Notes: generated from the letters alone by a model not told the origin. A stretch of DNA of 63,341 bases, filler included, from 8 parts of 8 records of this genome joined end to end with filler, not necessarily neighbours in it, one strand, 5' to 3'. Shown: positions 38,913-50,161, counted from the first letter of the whole stretch. Made by a program: numbers and translations.

Positions 38913-39359
38913 CTATTTATTGGTTCCTCTGGCGGTTTCTTGATTGTTCATCAATTCAGTCTGTAAAATTGCAAATAATTCCTCTGTTTTAAGACTGTCC
39001 TGAAGATTTATATACATTTTAAGGGAATCGTGGTGCACCACTTTTATTTTTTGTTGATAGAGGTCGTCCACAAAAACATAGACTTTGGTATTGGTAATGG
39101 AGTCCTTGAAAACTCCCTTTTCCTTTTCCATCCAAGAAAAACCATTAGATCGCTCCATTTCTGGCAATTTCTCCACCCAAACCACACTGTCCAGTTCCGT
39201 TAAAGGTATTTTTTGATAGTAGATCCCTGAATAGATCTTTAGGTTTCCATCCTCAATTTTGTGCCAGTTTTTATAGTGTTCCACAAAGGCGAAAACACAT
39301 AGCGCCACGGTCAGAATGATGAGAACATTCCACAACCAATGTCTTTTTTTTGATTTCAT
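38913..39359 (-). CDS. Hypothetical membrane-anchored protein
   Basis: N-terminal TM; co-oriented with DUF2141, 2-nt gap. Confidence 0.75.
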   Translation of the reverse strand: MKSKKRHWLWNVLIILTVALCVFAFVEHYKNWHKIEDGNLKIYSGIYYQKIPLTELDSVVWVEKLPEMERSNGFSWMEKEKGVFKDSITNTKVYVFVDDLYQQKIKVVHHDSLKMYINLQDSLKTEELFAILQTELMNNQETARGTNK

Positions 39360-39512
39360 AGTATTTCTCGTAATTCCTTGTGTTCAAAAAGAGAGTCGAC
39401 CACAAAGAAACATAATTAATAGAACAACATTGAAATCCATCCAATATTGTGCCCTATCTTTTTATCTTTAAAAAATCAAAACTCGAATTGTTTTCATCAC
39501 CCAAGTAAACCT

Positions 39513-40271
39513 ATGAATTTCAACAACAAAAACGTATTGGTCACAGGTGCCTCGCGAGGTATCGGCAAGGCAACCGCCATGGCATTCGCCAAAAAAGGAG
39601 CCAAAGTGGGCATCAATTATCGTAGTAATGATGAAGTGGCCCATCAAACGTTATCAGAATTACCTGGGGAAGGGCATCAACTTTTTAAAAGAGACATTTC
39701 CCAAAAATCTGAAACGGAAGCTCTTATTGCTGATTTTGTAAAAACCTATGGCCAACTGGACGTTTTAGTGAACAATGCGGGCATTTCTATTTTTCATGAA
39801 ATAGACGAAGTTGATTTTGACCATTGGACGAATGCCTGGGAAAAAACGTTTGAAACCAACTTATTTGCCGTGGCTAATTTATGCTATTGGGGAGCCAAGG
39901 CCATGATGAAAACAGGTGGCGGGCATATTGTAAGCGTATCCTCTCGGGGTGCGTTTCGGGGCGAACCCACCAAACCAGCCTATGGGGCCAGCAAAGCTGC
40001 ATTGAATTCCATGAGTCAGTCCCTCGCCAAGAAATTGGCGCCTCACCACATTTATGTCGGAGTGGTCGCACCTGGATTCACCGAAACCGAAATGGCCAAA
40101 GAGACCCTTACCCCTGCCGAGCGGGAAAACCTGTTGCGCGAATCTCCTTTTAAACGCATGGCACAGCCCGAAGAGGTGGCCCATGCGATATTGTTCCTGG
40201 CATCCTCCGAGGCCGCTTACTCCTCTGGAACCATCATCGATGTTAATGGGGCATCATACCTAAGAAGTTGA
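39513..40271 (+). CDS. SDR family oxidoreductase
   Basis: TGASRGIG, NNAG, YGASK. Confidence 0.93.
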   Translation: MNFNNKNVLVTGASRGIGKATAMAFAKKGAKVGINYRSNDEVAHQTLSELPGEGHQLFKRDISQKSETEALIADFVKTYGQLDVLVNNAGISIFHEIDEVDFDHWTNAWEKTFETNLFAVANLCYWGAKAMMKTGGGHIVSVSSRGAFRGEPTKPAYGASKAALNSMSQSLAKKLAPHHIYVGVVAPGFTETEMAKETLTPAERENLLRESPFKRMAQPEEVAHAILFLASSEAAYSSGTIIDVNGASYLRS

Positions 40272-40275
40272 TTAT

Positions 40276-40752
40276 ATGAAGGCCGCCACCGTAGCACAAC
40301 TCAAAAAAGAACTCAAATTCAAATCGCAGGACGAAGTCCTTGAGCTTTGCCTTCGTTTGGCACGTTTCAAAAAAGAAAACAAGGAACTCCTTACCTATTT
40401 GCTGTTCGAATCAGACAGCGAGGAAGGATACATTGAAACCGTAAAAGAAGAGGTGGATGCCATGTTCGCCGACATCAACGTTAACAGTTATTTCTACATC
40501 AAAAAAAGTGTTCGGAAAATACTTCGCACCATCAAAAAATATATTCGGTATTCAGGAAATAAGGCTACCGAAGTGGAACTGTTGCTTTATTTCTGTGAAA
40601 AGATGAAATCATTCCGTCCTTCCATCAACAGAAATACCACATTGATGAATTTGTATAACCGTCAATTGGAATACATCAAAAAGAAAATACCCGCACTCCA
40701 CGAAGACTTGCAACACGATTACGGGGTAATTCTTGACGAGCTTCATTTTTGA
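40276..40752 (+). CDS. Hypothetical protein
   Basis: Intact 158-aa ORF following the SDR; LCLRLARFKKENKELLTYLLF and LHEDLQHD segments look like a Bacteroidota family. Confidence 0.8.
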   Translation: MKAATVAQLKKELKFKSQDEVLELCLRLARFKKENKELLTYLLFESDSEEGYIETVKEEVDAMFADINVNSYFYIKKSVRKILRTIKKYIRYSGNKATEVELLLYFCEKMKSFRPSINRNTTLMNLYNRQLEYIKKKIPALHEDLQHDYGVILDELHF

Positions 40753-40887
40753 TTGCATAAAAAAACGCATCAAATTCCCTAAAACAACTCAAAATATTCA
40801 AGAGTTTGGATGATTTGATTAAATTTTCTCATCCATATTGAGTAAATTGTGACTTTATTCTAACTACTCATAACCAACCTTGACATC

Positions 40888-41586
40888 ATGAGAATGCCAA
40901 CAACCTCCCTGAAGACATGGACATTACTTTCCATGTTTTTTTCAACCTTATTTATTTGCGCACAAAATGCATCCCCTATTACCATTGACACCAGTTTTTA
41001 CAGCGGCTTTGAATGGCGGAACATTGGCCCGAACCGTGGCGGTAGAAGCTTGGGGGCTTCAGGAAGCCCTTCCCGACCCAACGAATATTATTTTGGAGCC
41101 ACTGGAGGTGGTCTGTGGAAGACCATCGATGGAGGAAATACATGGAAATGTGTAACCGATGGCCAAATTACCAGTTCATCCGTAGGCGCCGTAGCGGTGG
41201 CAGAAACCAACCCAGATGTGGTTTATATCGGAATGGGAGAAACCCAACTGCGTGGAAGCATCACACAAGGTGACGGTGTTTACAAAACGACAGATGGCGG
41301 AAAAACTTGGAAACATCTAGGGCTGGAAGAAACCCAAGCCATTTCAAGGGTTCGCGTAGACCCCACCAATGAAAATATTGTTTACGTTGCCGCTTTGGGA
41401 CACCCTTATGGAGAAAATGAAGAACGTGGCGTTTTTAAATCCATGGATGGAGGCGAAAATTGGAAAAAAGTACTCTATGTCAGCGATAAAGCAGGCGCTG
41501 CAGATTTGATCATTGACCGAAATAATCCCGATGTATTGTACGCCAGCACATGGCAAGTGTACCGTAAAGCATGGAAAATGTGGGGC
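40888..41586 (+). CDS. VPS10/BNR-repeat glycosyl hydrolase-like protein, partial
   Basis: WRNIGP..GGR and repeated KTxDGGxTW Asp boxes. Confidence 0.88.
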
Positions 41587-41686
41587 NNNNNNNNNNNNNN
41601 NNNNNNNNNNNNNNNNNNNNNNNNNNNNNNTTAATTAATTAANNNNNNNNNNNNNNNNNNNNNNNNNNNNNNNNNNNNNNNNNNNN
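41587..41686. other. Artificial contig spacer
   Basis: N-TTAATTAATTAA-N. Confidence 0.99.
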
Positions 41687-42637
41687 TTCCATCGGCAGCG
41701 GCGCGTTGCGGTCCCAGACCTGCATCACGTCCAGACCCAGCCACTTGCGCTTCAGCTCATAATAACGGTGCGACAGGCGCGGATAGGCGGCGACAACGGC
41801 GTTGCGCAGTGCCTCAACCACCTCGGGTTCGACGTCGTTGGACAGGTGGCGGCCGGATTGCGCCGTGGGCATACCGCGCCAGCGATCAAGGATTTCCTTT
41901 TCCTTGGTCTGGGTGTTGTGAACACGGGCAAAGGTGCGGACGTTGTCGGCAAAGACGCGGGCCAGTTCACGGGCGGCGGCCTCACGCTTGGTCCGGTCCT
42001 GATCGGTGAGCAGGTTCAGCGTGCCCTCGATGTTCAGCTCTTCTCCGTCGACGTCAAAGGTCAGCCCGGCGATGGTCTCATCGAACAGCCTTTCCCAAGC
42101 GTCGCCGACGACGCCCAGATCGTGCAGGAACTTTTCCAACTCATCCGACAGCTGATAGGGCTTCATCGCACGCATCCGGTCAAAGGCGCGTTTGTAGCGG
42201 GCGAGATCGGGGTTGCCGGTAAACAGTGCCTCATAGTGGTCGTCGCCAAGGCGGTTGGCCTCGAGCGAGAAAAACACCAGCGGCGTGGTGTAATTGGTGA
42301 TCTTTTCCTGACAATCGGACAGGAACTTGGCGCGCTCGGCGTCGGTGGTCAGCTGGTAGTAGCGCAGGCCGGCAAAGGACATGATGCGTCCCGCGACGGC
42401 GGAGATCCGTTCATTGCGCTGCACCAGCGTCAGAAAGGACGCCGAGTCGAGCGTCTCCAGCTTGCCCTCATAGTCAGCGGCAAAGCTGCGGCACGCCTCT
42501 TCGAGCCAGTCCAGATCGCGCTTGAGTTCCGGCGCGTCGGGAGAGGCGTAAAGATCGGTCAGGTCCCATTCGGGCAGATCGCCCAGGCCCTTGCCCCCGG
42601 CAGTGGCATTGGCATCAAAGACGGGTCGCAGGGTCAT
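41687..42637 (-). CDS. M3 family oligoendopeptidase (PepF-like), 3' truncated
   Basis: LPEWDLTDLY, PYQLSDELE, WDRNAPLP; AAGGAG RBS. Confidence 0.9.
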
Positions 42638-42813
42638 GGGGTTCTCCTTGGTCTGTTTGATCAACAGCTAAGCCGCTGCCCGGGCGGCTTCAACAGTCGA
42701 AACGGGTATGGCGGTGCGGATTTTCGTCGAAAATCCGTCTATGCCGGTTATGGGCGGGGCAAATTGTGCGGGTCACGCGGTGCAGGTCGGCCCGCACCGC
42801 CGCCATGCGGCCG

Positions 42814-43680
42814 TCAGAAACGGCGTTCCAGCGTCAGGTGAACTGCACTGTCTCGTTCGCCATCGGTGACAGCAAACAGGGCACTGGAGTCCGGCTGGAT
42901 CTTGTAGTCCAGCGCCAGCCCGTAGGCGTCATCGGTGGCTTTGTCCGTCAACTCACCAAACGCCAGCACATCAAACCGGGTGGACACCGGAACGACGACG
43001 TCCAGCGCCAGCGCGTCGGGGGTGTCGTTGACGTCCGGGCTCAGGTAGGTGACGCCGACATCCATCTGGCCCACGTCAAACCGCGCGCCCAGTTTGGCGT
43101 TGAATCCCTCATGGGTAAAATCGTCAGACGTCACGGTTTCCACCGCAGCCGCCAGCATCCAGCCCGTGCCCTGATAGGTCAGCGCGACAGAGGCAGAGCG
43201 AAAGTTGCCCTTGTTCGCATCGTGGATCGAAACGGCGACGTCCGTTTGACCGAATGCCTGTTGCCACGACACCCCCCACGGCACCGCCGTGCGGCGCATC
43301 GCTTCGACCGTGGCGTGGGCGCGGGTGTATTCGGCGCGCTCATAGGCCAGATAGGGGGCTGTTCGGGCAAAGACCGACGGCAGCACCTGATCAAAGGCCG
43401 GGCGCACCACACCTGCGCGCCATGTGTCGTCCCAGGCAAAGGCAGCATAGGTTTCGTGCGGTCGCTTGCCGTCAAGCCCGAAGAGATAAGTGCCAATCTC
43501 GAACGTCAGGGGAAAGCGTTGGGTCAAGGGAATGGCCGCCGTGGCGTCGATCACACCAATCCCAGAGCCGCCAGCGATGTCGGTCGTGCCAAGCGCAACC
43601 GTGCCGTCAAAGCTGAAGGATTGCGCTGATGCGACAGCGGGCGACAGAAGGACAAATGAGAGCAGCGCGGGACGGAGCAT
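42814..43680 (-). CDS. Hypothetical outer-membrane beta-barrel (porin-like)
   Basis: Signal peptide, alternating amphipathic strands, terminal Phe (LTLERRF). Confidence 0.65.
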   Translation of the reverse strand: MLRPALLSFVLLSPAVASAQSFSFDGTVALGTTDIAGGSGIGVIDATAAIPLTQRFPLTFEIGTYLFGLDGKRPHETYAAFAWDDTWRAGVVRPAFDQVLPSVFARTAPYLAYERAEYTRAHATVEAMRRTAVPWGVSWQQAFGQTDVAVSIHDANKGNFRSASVALTYQGTGWMLAAAVETVTSDDFTHEGFNAKLGARFDVGQMDVGVTYLSPDVNDTPDALALDVVVPVSTRFDVLAFGELTDKATDDAYGLALDYKIQPDSSALFAVTDGERDSAVHLTLERRF

Positions 43681-43778
43681 GAGTGGCAATACCTTGAATT
43701 TAATGTGCCAAGGGTAGCCACTTAGGCGCTGGCCCTGCCAGTCCGCAATACCGGACCCTGCGGAAACCGCGGTTTGTG

Positions 43779-45371
43779 TCAGCCGTAGGCGGCAAGCAGC
43801 GCATGCAGATCGTCCAATGTGTTGGCTTCTTGGGCGGTTTTGTCATGCCGCCAGCGGGCCATGCGCGGAAACCGCAAGGCAAGGCCGGACTTGTGCCGCG
43901 GGCTTGGCTGGATGCCCTCAAAGGCGATCTCAAAGACATGTTCGGGCCGTACCTGCCGCACCGGGCCAAAGCGTTGCAGGGTGTTCTTGCGCACCCAGCG
44001 GGTGATCGTTTCAAACTCGGCGTCGGTCAGGCCGGAGTAGGCCTTGGTGAATGGCACCAGATCGTTGCCTTGCCAGACCGCAAAGGTGAAGTCGGTGAAC
44101 AGGTTGGCGCGGCGGCCGTGGCCCTGTTGGGCGTAGATCATGACGGCGTCGACGGTTAGCGGATCCAGCTTCCACTTCCACCAGTCGCCTTTCTTGCGGC
44201 CCGACAGATAGGGGCTGTTTTTGCGTTTCAGCATCAGGCCCTCTGCGCGCATGTCACGAGCCTTGGCGCGGGTCTTGGCGAGTTGGGCCCAGTTGTCGAA
44301 CGGCAAGGCGGGGGAGGGACGGATGGGGACGTCCTCTGGCAGGTCGGCCAGCAGCGTTTCCAGTGCCGCGCGGCGGTCGATCAGCGGGCTGTTGCGCAGG
44401 TCTTGGCCGTTGTGTTCCAGTAGGTCATAGGCCAGCAGGATCACGGGGGCCTCGCGCAGCAGTTTCTTGGGCACTGTCTTGCGCCCGATGCGCGGTTGCA
44501 GCGTGTTGAACGGCAGCGGTTGCGTGCCGTCCCACGCGACAATCTCACCGTCCAGCACGGTGCCCGGCGGCAGGAAATCAACGGCGCGGGCAAATTCAGG
44601 GAAACGGTCGGTCATCAGGTCCTCGCCCCGCGACCAGACGTGATGGGCATTGTCGCGCAGGACCAACTGCCCCCGGATGCCGTCCCATTTCCACTCCGCT
44701 TGCCAATCTGCCGGAGCACCCAGCGCGTCAGGTGTGTCATCCAGTTGATGCGCAAGGTAGAACGGATAGGGACGGCTTTGATCGGCGGCGGGGTCGTCGG
44801 CCTCGATCAGGGCGTGAAAGCTGGTGTCGCCGGGTGTCCAACCGCCCATCAGCTTGTGCGCAAGGGTGGCCTCTTGTTGCCCGGTGGCCTGCGCCAACGC
44901 GCGGGTCATCAGCTTTCGGCTGACGCCGATGCGAAACCCGCCGGTGATCAGTTTGTTGAACAGGAACCGTTCTGTTGGGTCCAACTGGTCCCATGCATCA
45001 AGAATGCGGGGTTTGCGCTCCTCCAGCGGGACGTCGTGCAAGGCGCGCAGAATGTCGATCCAGTGGGTCAGGCTGTGGTCAGAGGTCCGCGAAGGCGGCG
45101 GCAGGATCAGGGCCAGAGTTTCGGCCAAATCGCCGACGATCGGATAGGACTCTTCCAGCAGCCAGAGCGGGATTTCAGCGCGCTCTGCCGCCCATGTCCG
45201 CAAGGCAGTGGTCGTGACGGCGCGTTTGGGCCGACGGCCCGTGAACAACGCGATGCACCAGAGTTTGTCGCTGTCGGGTGCGTGGGTAAAGTATTCGGCC
45301 AAAGCCGTTGTTTTGGCCGTGGTTTTGGTGGTCTGGTCGATGGCGGTGAAGAGGGCGGCAAAGCGTTTCAT
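43779..45371 (-). CDS. ATP-dependent DNA ligase
   Basis: EWKWDGIR (KxDG), EGLMLK, WWKWK, LRFPR. Confidence 0.95.
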   Translation of the reverse strand: MKRFAALFTAIDQTTKTTAKTTALAEYFTHAPDSDKLWCIALFTGRRPKRAVTTTALRTWAAERAEIPLWLLEESYPIVGDLAETLALILPPPSRTSDHSLTHWIDILRALHDVPLEERKPRILDAWDQLDPTERFLFNKLITGGFRIGVSRKLMTRALAQATGQQEATLAHKLMGGWTPGDTSFHALIEADDPAADQSRPYPFYLAHQLDDTPDALGAPADWQAEWKWDGIRGQLVLRDNAHHVWSRGEDLMTDRFPEFARAVDFLPPGTVLDGEIVAWDGTQPLPFNTLQPRIGRKTVPKKLLREAPVILLAYDLLEHNGQDLRNSPLIDRRAALETLLADLPEDVPIRPSPALPFDNWAQLAKTRAKARDMRAEGLMLKRKNSPYLSGRKKGDWWKWKLDPLTVDAVMIYAQQGHGRRANLFTDFTFAVWQGNDLVPFTKAYSGLTDAEFETITRWVRKNTLQRFGPVRQVRPEHVFEIAFEGIQPSPRHKSGLALRFPRMARWRHDKTAQEANTLDDLHALLAAYG

Positions 45372-46363
45372 GACGCCTCTTCCTCGGTGCCGAACTCGGT
45401 CGGGACGACTTCGGCGTCATAGCCTTGGGCCTTTAGCCAGCGGGCGAAGATATCCGTGTAACCATGTGTGGTAAATATCTTTTCCGCGCCGGTCGCCTTG
45501 ATCGCCTGATGCAGGCCAGGCCAGTCGGCGTGGTCAGATACGACAAACCCCCGGTCCATGGCCCGGCGACGGCGGATGCCGCGCAGGCGCATCCAGCCGG
45601 ACGCAAACCCGGTAGAGGCTGGACCGAAACGGCGCGCCCATGTGCTGCCAAGTGCCGAAGGCGGAGCAAGGATCAGCGCACCCTTGTGGGACTTGGTGTC
45701 CGTATCGGGTGTGACCGGGATCGTGTCGGGCAGCGCATAGCCCTGCGCGCGCAGGATGGCATTGGTGGCCTCGACCGCGCCGTGGGTCAGGATCGGGCCT
45801 TGGGGGGCCAGAATGGACAGCAGACGCTGCGCCTTGCCCAGCGAATAGGCCCCCAACAGCGACGCGCGGCCCTGCGCGGCGTTGTCGGCCCACCATGCGT
45901 TGATGTCTGCCGCAACTGCGTCCTGCGACGGCCATGTGAAGACGGGCAGGCCAAAGGTGCATTCGGTGATGAAGGCGTGACAGCGCACTGGCTCAAACGG
46001 TTCGGACAGACCGTCAGGCGCGGTCTTGTAGTCACCCGATGCCACCCAGACCTGTCCGCCGACCTCAACCCGGATCTGGGCGGAACCGGGCAGGTGCCCA
46101 GCGGGGTGAAAGGACACGCGCGCGCCGCCGATGGCCTGCGCTGCGCCATAGGCGATACCCTCTGCGGTGATCTCCCCCAGCCGATGACGGATCACCGGCA
46201 GCGCGCCAGTTGTGGCCAGATACGCGCCGTGCCCCGGTCGGGCGTGGTCGGCATGGCCGTGGGTGATCAGCGCGCGGTCTACCGGGCGCCACGGATCAAT
46301 GTAGAAATCCCCGGCGGGGCAATAGATGCCCCGGTCGGTAAAGGTGAGGACCGGCTTTGTCAT
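45368..46363 (-). CDS. Ligase-associated DNA damage response exonuclease (MBL/beta-CASP)
   Basis: THGHADH, FITECTFGLP, YSLGKAQR, SDHADW; overlaps the ligase start. Confidence 0.93.
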   Translation of the reverse strand: MTKPVLTFTDRGIYCPAGDFYIDPWRPVDRALITHGHADHARPGHGAYLATTGALPVIRHRLGEITAEGIAYGAAQAIGGARVSFHPAGHLPGSAQIRVEVGGQVWVASGDYKTAPDGLSEPFEPVRCHAFITECTFGLPVFTWPSQDAVAADINAWWADNAAQGRASLLGAYSLGKAQRLLSILAPQGPILTHGAVEATNAILRAQGYALPDTIPVTPDTDTKSHKGALILAPPSALGSTWARRFGPASTGFASGWMRLRGIRRRRAMDRGFVVSDHADWPGLHQAIKATGAEKIFTTHGYTDIFARWLKAQGYDAEVVPTEFGTEEEAS

Positions 46364-46462
46364 GGTGCAAGGATAGGGGCTTTTTTAGCGCGGACCAGCG
46401 AGGGTGCTCTTGCGCCCCTCCAATGGGGTGCGCAAGGGTGGCGGGAACAGCAGGAGGGGCCC

Positions 46463-47233
46463 ATGGGTTACGCGGATTTCAAGAAACAGGTACTGAGCGG
46501 CGCACCGTTGGCGGGCACCTTTGTCAAGGCACCTTCGATCCCGGTGATCGAGGTGTTGGCCCAGTCGGGGTTGGATTTTGTCTGTCTGGATGCGGAACAC
46601 GCGCCGTTCGACCGGGTGGGGATGGATGCCTGTATTGCCGTGGCGCGGGCGTTGGATTTTCCGATGATGGTACGGGTGGGCGATGCCAGCCCGCGTGAGA
46701 TATTGCAGGCGCTGGATTATGGCGCGGTGGGGGTCATTGTCCCCCATGTCGAATCCGTTGCGCAGGCAGAGGCCGTGGCGCGGTCAGCCCATTTTGGTTT
46801 GGGCGGGCGCGGCTATGCCGGGTCAAGCCGCTGGGCCGGATACAGCACCCGCTCTATGCCGGACGTTCTTGCTCAAAGCCGGGACGAAACCGTGGTGCTG
46901 GCCCAGATCGAGGAACCTGCGGCGGTCGAGGTCTGCGAAGAGATCGCGGCGGTCGAGGGTGTGGACGGGTTGTTTCTGGGCCCGGCGGACCTGTCGGTGG
47001 GCTACGGGCATACCGATATCGACAATGATGAGGTCAAGGCGGCGCTGGCCCGCGTGGGGGCCGCGTGCCGCGCGGTTGGCAAGGGCTATGCCAGCTTTGT
47101 CGGCACAGGGGCTGCGGCGCAGGACTGGGCCGCGCAATATGGCGTCAACATCTTCTGCATCGCCTCTGAACAGACATGGATGCGGCAGGGCGCGGCAGAG
47201 GCGGCCCGGGCGGTTCACGGCATCAGCGATTGA
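46463..47233 (+). CDS. HpcH/HpaI aldolase family protein
   Basis: LDAEHAP, AQIE, VDGLFLGPADL; AGGAGG RBS. Confidence 0.9.
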   Translation: MGYADFKKQVLSGAPLAGTFVKAPSIPVIEVLAQSGLDFVCLDAEHAPFDRVGMDACIAVARALDFPMMVRVGDASPREILQALDYGAVGVIVPHVESVAQAEAVARSAHFGLGGRGYAGSSRWAGYSTRSMPDVLAQSRDETVVLAQIEEPAAVEVCEEIAAVEGVDGLFLGPADLSVGYGHTDIDNDEVKAALARVGAACRAVGKGYASFVGTGAAAQDWAAQYGVNIFCIASEQTWMRQGAAEAARAVHGISD

Positions 47234-47267
47234 GTGAACGGTGCGGCGCGTGGGTGTGTCGGCGGGA

Positions 47268-48230
47268 TCAGGCCCGCAGCGCGGTCTGCGCGCCCGCGCT
47301 GTCGAAATGGGTGACAATCTCTGCCAGGACGCGTTCCCGGATCAGCGGTGCCTCCATCAGGATTTCATGTTCACCTTGGTCGACCATGTCCAGCCGTCCG
47401 TTCGGCCAGCGGGCCATGCGGGCGCGGATGCGGTCGATGTCGACGATCCGTTCATTGGTGCCGCAATAGCAGATGCTGGGCTGCTGGGGGGAGGGCAGGC
47501 GGGCAAGGCGACGCGTTTCTGCCAGAGCCTCATGCAGCCAGTGCAGCGATGGCCCGCCCAGTTGCAGCTCTGGGATCGCCAGCACCTGACGGCGCATATA
47601 GTCCCAGCTTTCGGCGTCGGTGGTCAGCAGGTTTTCCGCAAAGGCGTTAGAGGCGACATAGCTGTCGACACCGGTTCCGGGGGCAAAGAGATGTCCCAGC
47701 CCCACGGTCTTCGACATGCGTGAGATGGCCCATGCGGCGGGGCGCACCGGGTCGGCGATGCGGATGCCCCACATCGGCCCGGTAAAGACACAAGAGGCCA
47801 CGTCAAGCCCGTCATAGACGGCGCGCAACCCGATACAGCCGCCCATGGAATGGGCAATCAGGTGGCGTTGGCCGGGCAGGCCCAGATCATCTGCCAGCCG
47901 CGTCATCGCCGCGACATCGTGCTGATAATCCTCAAACACGCCGACATGGCCCGTGCGGCGTTCACCCAGCATCCGGTCGGCCAACCCCTGGCCGCGCCAG
48001 TCAATGGCCAGCGTGTGATAGCCCGCGTCCGACAGGACACGCGCCACACGGCCATATTTTTCGACATATTCAGTGCGGCCGGGAAAGAGCAGAACCGTGC
48101 CCCGCGCCCCTTGGCTTGCGTAATGCGCGATGCGCACGCGCAACCCGTCCGAGGTGGTCATCCACCAGGCACGGGAGTCAGCCGGACCCTCAGCGAGATC
48201 GGCATGAAAAGGGGCGGGGGAGGCGTTCAT
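47268..48230 (-). CDS. Lysophospholipase-like alpha/beta hydrolase
   Basis: GRTEYVEKY, DWRGQG, AHSMGG, HEILME. Confidence 0.9.
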   Translation of the reverse strand: MNASPAPFHADLAEGPADSRAWWMTTSDGLRVRIAHYASQGARGTVLLFPGRTEYVEKYGRVARVLSDAGYHTLAIDWRGQGLADRMLGERRTGHVGVFEDYQHDVAAMTRLADDLGLPGQRHLIAHSMGGCIGLRAVYDGLDVASCVFTGPMWGIRIADPVRPAAWAISRMSKTVGLGHLFAPGTGVDSYVASNAFAENLLTTDAESWDYMRRQVLAIPELQLGGPSLHWLHEALAETRRLARLPSPQQPSICYCGTNERIVDIDRIRARMARWPNGRLDMVDQGEHEILMEAPLIRERVLAEIVTHFDSAGAQTALRA

Positions 48231-48520
48231 CAGGCCAGAACCTGTGCCAGACGCATGGCGGCGGACATATCGCCCTCGATGGCCAGCTTGCCGGACATGA
48301 AGGCCGATGTCGGATCAAGATCGCCGCTGACGATCGCCTCAAAGGTTTCGGCGCTGGCGGTCAGGGTGACATCCGCGTCTTCCTCGCCGGCATGAGCGCC
48401 GTTTTCGTCGATGATCAGGCTGCCTTCGTCTTCGATGGTCATTTTCGCGGTGCCCTCAAACCCGTTTCCGTCCATTTTTTCATTCAGGGCGGTTACGGCC
48501 GCGTTAACAGTGTCACTCAT
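48230..48520 (-). CDS. SCP2 sterol-binding domain protein
   Basis: DPTSAFMSGKLAIEGDM; GAGG RBS. Confidence 0.9.
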   Translation of the reverse strand: MSDTVNAAVTALNEKMDGNGFEGTAKMTIEDEGSLIIDENGAHAGEEDADVTLTASAETFEAIVSGDLDPTSAFMSGKLAIEGDMSAAMRLAQVLA

Positions 48521-48608
48521 TTTTATTCCTCGGCTTTCTCTCATAAACGTGCGCTGGCCAATCGGCACATTGGCGCTACACTCATCCCAAGTTATGAGGA
48601 CGGCTAAT

Positions 48609-49160
48609 ATGGAATACAAACGTATCCTCGCGGCATTTTGTGCCCTAGTCATGATTTCCCTACCTTCCCTTGGGCGGGCTCAGGACAGGGCAGAGGAGTT
48701 GCTGCAAGAGCTGTCGCAGGCCGAAACCGAGGTGGCCGCGCAGCGTCTTGAGAATCAGATCATTTCTGAGTGGTCAAAGTCCGGTTCGGCCAGCATGGAC
48801 TTGCTGTTGAAGCGCGGGCGCGACGCGCTGGAGGTCAAGGATTCCGCCGCAGCGATCGAACATTTCCACGCGCTCACCGATCATGCGCCGGAATTCGCCG
48901 AAGGCTGGCACGGGTTGGCGCTGGCGTACTTTGAGGCGGAACGGTTTGGTCCGGCGATGGATGCGCTGGAACATGTTTTGGCGTTGAACCCGAACCATTT
49001 TGCCGCGCTGCGCGGGGTCGGGGCGATCAATGAGCAAGTCGGCAAACCGATCCTTGCCTATCGCGCCTTTGAGAAGGTACTTGAACTCAGACCGCATGAC
49101 CCCAACGTTTCACAGGCGATGGAGCGGCTTGAACGTGAGGCCATTGGCATCACACTCTGA
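48609..49160 (+). CDS. Periplasmic TPR protein
   Basis: Signal peptide; APEFAEGW, LALNPNHF TPR motifs; GAGGA RBS. Confidence 0.85.
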   Translation: MEYKRILAAFCALVMISLPSLGRAQDRAEELLQELSQAETEVAAQRLENQIISEWSKSGSASMDLLLKRGRDALEVKDSAAAIEHFHALTDHAPEFAEGWHGLALAYFEAERFGPAMDALEHVLALNPNHFAALRGVGAINEQVGKPILAYRAFEKVLELRPHDPNVSQAMERLEREAIGITL

Positions 49161-49217
49161 TGAGGCGAACGGGCGCTGCTCTGGCTTGGGGCGGGTGCCC
49201 GAAATATAGGCGGCCCC

Positions 49218-50061
49218 ATGGCCCAGAACTCTCGGATCGCGGCCGTCCTTGGCCCGACCAATACAGGCAAGACCCACTATGCCATTGAGCGGATGCTTGG
49301 CTATCGCAGCGGTGTGATCGGTCTGCCGCTGCGTCTGCTGGCGCGCGAGGTATTCGACAAGATCGTGGCTATTCGTGGCCCGTCCGTTGTGGCGCTGGTG
49401 ACGGGCGAGGAACGCATCGTGCCGCCGCGCGCCCAATACTGGGTCTGCACCGTCGAGGCGATGCCCGAGGGGATGGGCCCGGATTTTGTCGCCATCGACG
49501 AGATCCAGCTATGTGCCGATCCTGAACGCGGCCATGTCTTTACCGACCGTCTGCTGCGGATGCGCGGGACCCATGAGACGCTGTTTCTGGGGGCTGATAC
49601 CATGCGTGGGCCGATTTCGGCGCTGGTGCCGGGGGTGGAATACGTCCGCCGCGAACGGATGAGCCAACTGGTCTATACAGGGTCGAAAAAGATCAGCCGA
49701 CTGCCCGCGCGCACCGCGATTGTCGGTTTTTCAGTCGATAACGTCTATGCCATTGCCGAACTTCTGAAACGCCAAAAGGGCGGCGCTGCGGTCGTCATGG
49801 GCGCGCTGTCGCCCCGGACCCGCAATGCGCAGGTCGAGCTGTATCAGAACCGTGAGGTCGATTATCTGGTGGCGACCGATGCCATTGGCATGGGTTTGAA
49901 CCTGGACATCGACCATGTGGCGTTTTCCTCATTGGCCAAATTCGACGGTCGGCGGATGCGCGCGTTGCAGCCCAACGAACTGGCCCAGATCGCCGGGCGC
50001 GCGGGGCGCGGCATGTCGGACGGCACCTTTGGCGTCACCGGCGATGCGGGGCCGTTGCCCG
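49218..50061 (+). CDS. SUV3/MgpS-like SF2 helicase, partial
   Basis: GPTNTGKT, DEIQ, ATDAIGMGLN, QIAGRAGR. Confidence 0.92.
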
Positions 50062-50161
50062 NNNNNNNNNNNNNNNNNNNNNNNNNNNNNNNNNNNNNNN
50101 NNNNNTTAATTAATTAANNNNNNNNNNNNNNNNNNNNNNNNNNNNNNNNNNNNNNNNNNNN
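50062..50161. other. Artificial contig spacer
   Basis: N-TTAATTAATTAA-N. Confidence 0.99.
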
